Source: Kiritimatiellia bacterium
GTDB taxonomy: Bacteria > Verrucomicrobiota > Kiritimatiellia > RFP12 > UBA1067
Reading direction: 5' to 3'
Length of the DNA stretch: 64,000 nt
Assembly: GCA_017450695.1 (NCBI GenBank)
Contig: JAFSTA010000164.1
Coordinates: 37,878-101,877, forward strand
In this document: in pieces, positions 57,439 to 64,000 of the stretch
Position numbering within the stretch: the stretch's first letter is position 1
Layout of the letters: every line of letters begins with the position of its first letter
Notes under the pieces: generated by a model
Seen by the model: only the letters and a program-made list of their open reading frames with translations
The model's database searches: none
Told to the model about the DNA's origin: nothing
Program-made: the position numbers and the translations under genes

Positions 57439-57613
57439 GGCCGAAGGCCGATTTCAAGATCGGAGTTTTGTCCGGGACGCGCCCTGTCGCGTCCGCATCG
57501 TTGAAAATAACCTCAGAACTGGCGTATCCGAGAAAACGGATATGGGACGAATTTCGTGATAGTCGAATCCGTTTTTTTGTGCTAAAATAGATTGATTTTT
57601 TGAGGGGAATCAA

Positions 57614-60600
57614 ATGAGACGCACATTTCCTGTTTTGTTGTCTGGTTTCATACTTGGGGCGGTTCTTGCGCAGGGGGCTGTTCCAGGACGCATTGTCCGT
57701 GTGGACATTCCGAAAGATAAGGCCACGCTGAGTTTGGCGGAGGTGCAGATTTTCTCCGGCGGGACGAACGTCGCCCTGCGGGGCGAGGCTTGCCAGAGCG
57801 AAACCGCGTACAACGCGCCCGCCTCTCGCGCCATTGACGGGAACACGAACACATCCTGGGGCGGCGGCTCGATCACCCATACGCCGGAGAACCATGCGAA
57901 CCCGTGGTGGGAGGTGGATCTGAAAGGGGAGTTCCCGATCGAGCGAATCGTCTTGTGGAACCGTATCGAGGAACCCAAGCGCCTGTACGGTTGCCGTGTC
58001 CGGATTTTGAACGCCAAGCGGTTGATCGTGTGGGAGCAGAGCGTCGCGGAGCCTTCCCCCAAGGACACCATGTTGACGGTCGATGAGAAGGGGACCCAGG
58101 TGGGCGAGATCGGAAAGCGTGTTCGGGGAAGACCCGCTACGCCTGAACAGGTTCTCGCCGTCTACCAGAAGCGGTCGAACTGGATGGACTCCGCGCTGGA
58201 TGTCACGGAGGCGTTGCCGGACGTCGGCAGCATGAACGCGCTTCTGCCTCGCCTGATGCAGGACTTCCCCGAGTCGAAGGAGGAGATTCGGCTGGAGTTC
58301 GGCAATCTTTGGATCTTCAAGGACAAGCCGTCGTGGGGACGCGAGAACCGCTGGAAGGAAATGGCGCAGCGGCTTGTGAACACGATTGATGACAAGGAGG
58401 TTCAGAAGCAACTTCAGGCAAAGGTCGATTCCGTCAAAACGCGCGAGGATTTAGCTCCTTTCCGTGCGGCATGGCGGCAGAACAAGGTGACGGGGAAGAT
58501 GCAACTCACGGCCTTGCGGCTCTTCCACGCGGAGGCGATGGAACGCGCCATTCGCGCCTATGCCAAGCAGTATCCGTCGGTGTATCGGCTGGACGCGCTG
58601 TTGTCGGAACTCAACTCCGTCCGCAAAGCCGTTGAGGAATCTGCGGCAGACGCGAAGAACAACGAGAAGCAGCGCGCGGCTGTCCAGGCGGTCGATCATC
58701 TGATCGCGGAGGTTTACGGAAAGCATCCGTTGCTTCAATTCAAGGAAATTCTCTTTGTCCGGCGTTCGTTCGACGGGCCGAGCGGGCTGCCGCACAACTG
58801 GCAGGGGAATTCTTCTATTCCGCTGCATGGTTATGTGAACGACCTGGTTCGCGCACCGCTTTGGCAACGGGAGGACGGGAAACCGGATATCATCTATGCC
58901 AGCAGCAGTTTCGTCGGGGATGTGGATCTCGATTACGATGCGGACCGTGTGATGTTCTCGACGGGCAAGGGGAATGAAAAAGGCTGGCGCGTCTTTGAAA
59001 AGCGTCTGGACGCTTCGGATCCCGTGCAGATTACGCCGGATGATCTGACCGACATCGACTTCTATGATCCGTGCTATCTGCCGGACGGCCGGCGGCTCTT
59101 TGTCGCGACGAGCGGATTCCACGGCGTCCCCTGCGTGACCGGCAGCGATTACGTCGGCAACTTGCACCTCATGGAAAAGGACGGATCGATCCGCCGTCTG
59201 GTTTACGATCAGGACAACAGCTGGTGTCCGATGGTGATGGACAACGGGCGCATTCTCTTCCTGCGGTGGGAATATACGGACTCCGCGCATTATTTCTCGC
59301 GTGTGCTGATGACGATGAATCCCGACGGGACGGATCAGCAGGAATTTTTCGGGAGCGGTTCCTATTGGCCCAACAGTCTCTTCTTCGCGCGGACGCTGCC
59401 CGGTTCCTCGACCAAGTTCGTCGGTGTGATCAGCGGGCACCACGGTCTCGCAAGGCAGGGAAAGCTCGTGCTGTTTGACGTGGCGCGGGGGCGCATTGAG
59501 ACGGCGGGCGCGATTCAGACGATTCCCGGTTACGGGCAGGAGGTGCCGAACAAGACGCGGGACCAGCTGGTGGCGGGAGTCGATCCTCTTTTCCTGCATC
59601 CCTATCCGCTCAATGACGATCTCTTCCTGGTCTCGCTGAAGAAGAATGGCGTGACGAAAGGGTTCATCGTGGCGTTGGCGGACCGGTTCGACAACCTGAT
59701 TCCGCTCTGGCAGTCTGCCGTGGACCATTTGTACGAACCGCTTCCGTTGCAGAAGCGGAAACGCCCCACGATGCCGTTGGACCGGGTGAAGAAGGGGGAG
59801 AAGGAATGCACCGTCTATATGGTGAACGCGCAGAACGGTCCTGGACTGAAGGGCGTGCCGCTGGGGAAGGTCAAGGCGTTGCGCGTTTTCTCCTACGAGT
59901 ACTCCCCGCGCAACACGGGCGGCCATTACCACATCGGGTTCGAGGGACCGTGGGACATCCGGACGATTCTCGGAACCGTTCCGGTGGAGGAAGACGGATC
60001 CTGCCTCTTCCGCTGTCCCGCCAACACGCCGATTTCCGTGCAGACGCTAGATGAAAACGGCCAGTCGATGCAGCAGATGCGTTCTTGGCTGGTGGGAATG
60101 CCGGGCGAAACGATCGCCTGTATGGGGTGCCACGAGAAGCAGAATGCGACAGCCCCGCGCGGTCCGTCGATCGCCGGACGGAAAGCGCCGCAGACCATCC
60201 GTCCGTGGAACGGTCCCCGGCGCGGTTTCGCCTTCGACCGCGAGGTTCAGAATGTGCTGGATCGCGCCTGCGTCGGATGCCACAACGACAAGACACAGAC
60301 GAAAAACGTGATCGGACAGACGATTCCGAGTTTCGAGATGACGCCGAAACACGGGTTTACGACCGCCTATTTCAACCTGATGAAATATGTGCGGCGCAAC
60401 GGTCCTGAGGGCGATTACCACATTTTGACGCCGCTGGAGTTCTTTGCCGACACCTCCGAGTTGATCCAGGTGCTGAAGAAGGGGCACCACGGCGTGAAAC
60501 TGACCGCTACGGAAATGGATCGGCTGGTGACATGGATCGACCTGAACGTGCCGTACTGGGGCACCTGGACGGAACGCGAGCAGTCACGCGGCGAGGATGC

Positions 60601-61660
60601 CGCGAAACGCTGCCAGCAGAATCTGAAGCGTCGCGCGGAAATGGCGAAGGCATACAGCGGAATCGACTACAATGCGGAAGAAATCGTAAACCCGTATCAG
60701 AAGGTTGCGTTCGAGCCGCCCGCGAAGGAGGCGCCTCCGGTCGCGAAGGACGCGCACTCCGCGCCCGTACCGAAGGCGCTGGATCGTCATGCCACGTTCG
60801 AAATTCCGCTCGCTACACGTCCCCTGCGTTTCGTCCGGATTCCTGCGGGAGAGTTTTCCATGGGGAGTTCTCGCGAGACTCCTGCGGAACGTCCCGTGAG
60901 CCGCGTCAAGATTGAGAAGGCGTTTTGGATGTCGGTAACCGAGGTCACGCAGAATCAGATGCGCGAGTTTATGCCGGAGTTCGACAACGGCGTCTATGAC
61001 AAGCATTACAAGGATCAGGTGAACCGCGGGTACTACATGGGGGATCAGGATCCGGACTTCGCGCAGCCAGGCCATGAGGACTTCCCCGCGATCCGTGTCT
61101 CCTGGGAACAGGCGAACCGCTTCTGCGAATGGCTCTCCCAGCGTTTCTGCAAGGGTAAGATGAAGGTGATGTTGCCGACCGAAGCGCAGTGGGAGTGGGC
61201 TTGCCGCGCCGGTACGGACACGCCGTTCCATTACGGTGGATTCGATGCCGATTTCTCGAAACGGGAAAACCTGGCGGATTCTCGTCTGGTGGAAATGGCG
61301 GTTTCGGGAATCGACCCGAAGCCGATGAAGAATCCGCCGGAGCTGTGGGACTACGAGTTGCGTGACGCGCGGTTCGACGATGGCGTGTTGCACCTCGCGA
61401 AGGTCGGCAGCTACGCGCCGAATGCCTGGGGACTTTACGATATGCACGGCAACGTGGCGGAGTGGACGCGCAGCGCCTACCGCCCGTACCCGTATCGCGA
61501 TTCCGACGGACGGAACAATTTCAATGCGGATGAGACGAAAACGGTTCGCGGCGGATCATGGTACCGCCGCCCGCACCGGGCGACTTCAACGTGGCGTTGG
61601 GGGTATCCCGGATGGATGAGGCCGTTCGATGTCGGCTTCCGCGTGGTTATCGAGGACTAG
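57614..61660 (+). CDS. Secreted F5/8(F-lectin)-like + HzsA-like (two CxxCH) + FGE/SUMF1 multidomain protein
   Basis: Signal peptide; RAIDGN..PWWEVDL; DPCYLPDG, LRWEYTD, LGTVPVEEDGS, CMGCHE, CVGCHN; IPAGEFSMGS, LPTEAQWEWACRAG, NAWGLYDMHGNVAEW, RGGSW, GFRV. Confidence 0.85.
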   Translation: MRRTFPVLLSGFILGAVLAQGAVPGRIVRVDIPKDKATLSLAEVQIFSGGTNVALRGEACQSETAYNAPASRAIDGNTNTSWGGGSITHTPENHANPWWEVDLKGEFPIERIVLWNRIEEPKRLYGCRVRILNAKRLIVWEQSVAEPSPKDTMLTVDEKGTQVGEIGKRVRGRPATPEQVLAVYQKRSNWMDSALDVTEALPDVGSMNALLPRLMQDFPESKEEIRLEFGNLWIFKDKPSWGRENRWKEMAQRLVNTIDDKEVQKQLQAKVDSVKTREDLAPFRAAWRQNKVTGKMQLTALRLFHAEAMERAIRAYAKQYPSVYRLDALLSELNSVRKAVEESAADAKNNEKQRAAVQAVDHLIAEVYGKHPLLQFKEILFVRRSFDGPSGLPHNWQGNSSIPLHGYVNDLVRAPLWQREDGKPDIIYASSSFVGDVDLDYDADRVMFSTGKGNEKGWRVFEKRLDASDPVQITPDDLTDIDFYDPCYLPDGRRLFVATSGFHGVPCVTGSDYVGNLHLMEKDGSIRRLVYDQDNSWCPMVMDNGRILFLRWEYTDSAHYFSRVLMTMNPDGTDQQEFFGSGSYWPNSLFFARTLPGSSTKFVGVISGHHGLARQGKLVLFDVARGRIETAGAIQTIPGYGQEVPNKTRDQLVAGVDPLFLHPYPLNDDLFLVSLKKNGVTKGFIVALADRFDNLIPLWQSAVDHLYEPLPLQKRKRPTMPLDRVKKGEKECTVYMVNAQNGPGLKGVPLGKVKALRVFSYEYSPRNTGGHYHIGFEGPWDIRTILGTVPVEEDGSCLFRCPANTPISVQTLDENGQSMQQMRSWLVGMPGETIACMGCHEKQNATAPRGPSIAGRKAPQTIRPWNGPRRGFAFDREVQNVLDRACVGCHNDKTQTKNVIGQTIPSFEMTPKHGFTTAYFNLMKYVRRNGPEGDYHILTPLEFFADTSELIQVLKKGHHGVKLTATEMDRLVTWIDLNVPYWGTWTEREQSRGEDAAKRCQQNLKRRAEMAKAYSGIDYNAEEIVNPYQKVAFEPPAKEAPPVAKDAHSAPVPKALDRHATFEIPLATRPLRFVRIPAGEFSMGSSRETPAERPVSRVKIEKAFWMSVTEVTQNQMREFMPEFDNGVYDKHYKDQVNRGYYMGDQDPDFAQPGHEDFPAIRVSWEQANRFCEWLSQRFCKGKMKVMLPTEAQWEWACRAGTDTPFHYGGFDADFSKRENLADSRLVEMAVSGIDPKPMKNPPELWDYELRDARFDDGVLHLAKVGSYAPNAWGLYDMHGNVAEWTRSAYRPYPYRDSDGRNNFNADETKTVRGGSWYRRPHRATSTWRWGYPGWMRPFDVGFRVVIED

Positions 61661-61662
61661 TT

Positions 61663-62175
61663 ATGGAATTCACCGAAGAACAGAAACAGAAAATCAGGGA
61701 TTGGCTTGCCGAGGGTGCCTCCCTCTCCGATGTGCAGTCGCGAATCCAGTCCGAGTTCGGGCAGAAGTTGACCTACCTGGATGTGCGGATGCTGGTGTTG
61801 GACATCGGCGCGACCGTGAAGGACAAGGAAGAGCCGAAGAAGCCTGAACCGAAGAAAGAGGCTACCGACTCCGATGCGGAGGATGCTGAGCCCGCTGACG
61901 GACAGATGTATGAGGACGAGGAAGAGATCCCGGACGGGGAAGAACAGGGGATTCATCCGGCGGTCAGCCTTTCGTTGGACAAGCTGGTCGTGCCCGGCGC
62001 GATGGTCAGCGGCGATGTCTCGTTCTCGGACGGGAAGAAAGGCCGTTGGCTGATCGACCAGTACGGGCAGTTCGGGCTCGACATGGGCGATCCGAATTAT
62101 CGTCCGGCGGAAGCGGATTTGCGCGAATTCCAGATCCAGCTGCGGAAACTGTTGCGTCAACACGGGTACATGTGA
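61663..62175 (+). CDS. Conserved hypothetical protein
   Basis: MEFTEEQKQKIRDWL.EGASLSDVQ..LTYLDVR; acidic linker; PGAMVSGDVSFSDG..WLIDQYG; in operon context. Confidence 0.7.
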   Translation: MEFTEEQKQKIRDWLAEGASLSDVQSRIQSEFGQKLTYLDVRMLVLDIGATVKDKEEPKKPEPKKEATDSDAEDAEPADGQMYEDEEEIPDGEEQGIHPAVSLSLDKLVVPGAMVSGDVSFSDGKKGRWLIDQYGQFGLDMGDPNYRPAEADLREFQIQLRKLLRQHGYM

Positions 62176-62192
62176 GAGAAGGAGAGAAGGGA

Positions 62193-62990
62193 ATGAAAAT
62201 CGGATTTCTCGGATCGGGGAAAATGGCGGAGGCGATTCTTGCCTCGGTGGTCAATGGCGGTATTTGCGAACCGTGGGATGTCACGGCGTGCGATGTCAGC
62301 GAGGAACGCCGCAAGCTGATGTCGGATGAGTATGGCGTGGTCACGACCGCCGACGCGAAGGAGGCTGTCGCCGATTGCAAGGTGTTGGTCGTCGCGGTGC
62401 GCCCGCAGGATCTCGATGTGCTGTTGCAGGACGTGAAGGAGGAATTGACAGAGAAACACCTCGTCATTTCGATCTGCGCCGGAAAGACGCTCAAGGTCCT
62501 GCGGAACGGAATCGGCAAGAAGCCCCGCCTCATCCGCGTCATGCCGAATCTCGGTCTTCGCGTCAACGAGGGAATGGTCGCGTACTGTGCCGACAAGAAC
62601 GCGAAGCCCGCGGACAAGAAACTGGTGCAGAAAATTTTCAGCGCGGCCGGCAAGGTTTTGGAATTGGCTGAGAAACACATGGATGCCGTCACCGCCCTGA
62701 GCGGTTCGGGACCCGCGTTCTTCGCGTACTGTCTGCAGGCGATGACGGAGGGCGGGAAGAAACTTGGCTTGCCGAAGGATGCCGCGTTGCTGTTGGCCGG
62801 GCAGACCATGCTGGGAACCGCCGTGTACCTCCAGCAGACCGGCGCGGACTTGGCGAAGTTTATCCAGGCGGTTTGCTCCAAGGGCGGGACGACCGATGCC
62901 GGGATGCAGGTCCTGGCGGCGTCGGATGTCGCCTCCGTCTATGCGGCGACGTTGGCTGCCGCTGCGAAACGTTCGGCCGAATTGGCTTAG
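62193..62990 (+). CDS. proC: Pyrroline-5-carboxylate reductase
   Basis: IGFLGSGKMA, ISICAG, RVMPN, DAVTALSGSGPAF, VCSKGGTT. Confidence 0.95.
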   Translation: MKIGFLGSGKMAEAILASVVNGGICEPWDVTACDVSEERRKLMSDEYGVVTTADAKEAVADCKVLVVAVRPQDLDVLLQDVKEELTEKHLVISICAGKTLKVLRNGIGKKPRLIRVMPNLGLRVNEGMVAYCADKNAKPADKKLVQKIFSAAGKVLELAEKHMDAVTALSGSGPAFFAYCLQAMTEGGKKLGLPKDAALLLAGQTMLGTAVYLQQTGADLAKFIQAVCSKGGTTDAGMQVLAASDVASVYAATLAAAAKRSAELA

Positions 62991-63005
62991 GGAAGATTCC
63001 GGACT

Positions 63006-63275
63006 ATGAAACGCAGGATCGGCTTTGTCGGGATCATTTTGGAAAACAAGGAACATGTGTCGGAGATCAACCAGGTGATCTCCGACCATTCGGAACTGGT
63101 TCTCGCCCGCGTCGGACTGCCGATGAAGGGGGCGGACACGGCGGGGGTCATCACGCTTGTCGTGGAGGCGACGACGGACGAGATGGGCGCCTTTGCCGGA
63201 CGGCTCGGAAAGATCGGAGGCATCTCCGTGAAGTCCGCGCTGGCAAAACAACGCGAATCGGAAATGACTGCGTGA
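63006..63275 (+). CDS. TM1266-family iron-only hydrogenase system putative regulator
   Basis: RRIGFVGIILE, INQVISDH..LARVGLP, VITLVVEA..GRLGKIGGISVKSA. Confidence 0.8.
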   Translation: MKRRIGFVGIILENKEHVSEINQVISDHSELVLARVGLPMKGADTAGVITLVVEATTDEMGAFAGRLGKIGGISVKSALAKQRESEMTA

Positions 63276-63297
63276 CTGAACTGCAAGGGAGATTGGA

Positions 63298-64000
63298 ATG
63301 AGAGGAAACTTTACGGACGAGACCCTTCGCGATGTGGTGTCTCATTTTCAGTTGTACGGGGATGTCTTGACGATCACGCCCTACGGAAGCGGGCATATCA
63401 ACGACACCTTTCGCGTCACGTTGGACTTGGCGGGGCGCGCGGTCGATTACATTCTGCAGCGAGTCAACACCGAAGTCTTCCGTATGCCCGAAATGCTGAT
63501 GGACAACATCGAGCGCGTCACCGCGCACCTGCATCAAAAATTGAAGGAGACGAAGGCGAAGGAACCGTCCAGACGCGCGTTGACGCTCGTGCGGACGATT
63601 GAAGGCGGAAACAGCTACATCGATGCTGCCGGTAACTACTGGCGGGTGTACCTTTTCATCGAACGCGCCCGGACGTTCGATGTCATCTCCACGCCCGAAC
63701 AGGCGTTCGAGGCGGCGCGCGCCTTTGCGGGATTCCAAAACCAGTTGGCAGACCTTCCGTCACCTCGGCTGGGCGAGACGATTCCCGCATTCCACAACAT
63801 CCAGTCGCGTCTTTCCCTGTTGGACGAGGCGGCCAAGTCCGATGTCAAGGGACGCCTCTCCGAGGTTTCTGCGGAGATGGATTTCGTGAACGCGCACCGG
63901 AAGGAGATGATGCGACTGATCGAGCAACAGGCGGCGGGAGAGATTCCGGAACGCATCACCCACAATGACACGAAGATCAACAACGTCATGTTCGATGACG
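63298..64000 (+). CDS. Aminoglycoside phosphotransferase family / N-acetylhexosamine-1-kinase-like (3' partial)
   Basis: Translated by hand from ATG 63298: PYGSGHINDTF, YILQRVN, WRVYLFIE, ETIPAFHN, ERITHNDTKINNVMFD; runs off the window. Confidence 0.85.
   Translation, partial: MRGNFTDETLRDVVSHFQLYGDVLTITPYGSGHINDTFRVTLDLAGRAVDYILQRVNTEVFRMPEMLMDNIERVTAHLHQKLKETKAKEPSRRALTLVRTIEGGNSYIDAAGNYWRVYLFIERARTFDVISTPEQAFEAARAFAGFQNQLADLPSPRLGETIPAFHNIQSRLSLLDEAAKSDVKGRLSEVSAEMDFVNAHRKEMMRLIEQQAAGEIPERITHNDTKINNVMFDD

Noticed and set aside
57322-57504. Small repeat peptide ORF (KSPCGF)n
   Set aside because: A by-product of the 18-bp repeat with no clear RBS; other frames are equally open.
61500-61660. 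DGR hypothesis (FGE/CLec C-terminus as variable region, with an Avd-like gene in the window)
   Set aside because: No reverse transcriptase and no visible template-repeat copy of the 3' end in the window; the four-helix gene is 40 kb away in an R-M operon.

Overview
High-GC bacterial chromosomal window. Gene content (HzsA-like proteins, DUF2723, YdjY-like, beta-helix surface protein, eukaryote-type IleRS) suggests an anaerobic PVC-superphylum organism, probably Kiritimatiellae; this is inference. It holds about 43 CDSs, mostly housekeeping (gltX, ileS, smc, folD, rex, accD/accA, rnc, rnhB, serC, ruvC, proC, a fabH-like gene, two PPIases), one tRNA-Arg(CCT) and several secreted or carbohydrate-active proteins. 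The most unusual locus is 18.6-21.5 kb. A type I restriction-modification operon keeps an intact hsdM, while hsdS and hsdR are collapsed to remnants joined at a GTAG-REP-like hairpin. Between hsdM and hsdS lies a four-helix-bundle (Avd/IVP-like) gene bracketed by arrays of the normally rare palindrome CTAG in exact 9-bp phase (13 and 7 perfect copies). Gene-less arrays of the same type occur at 12.8 and 24.8 kb, and many other intergenic gaps carry different 7/8/9/18-bp periodic or palindromic elements. This suggests a family of repeat-bounded cassettes and their empty sites. Also notable are two adjacent GT-C-fold glycosyltransferase-like genes (a candidate protein glycosylation system) and two HzsA-like proteins with two CxxCH motifs each. 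Family assignments come from motif recognition by eye, not from database searches.
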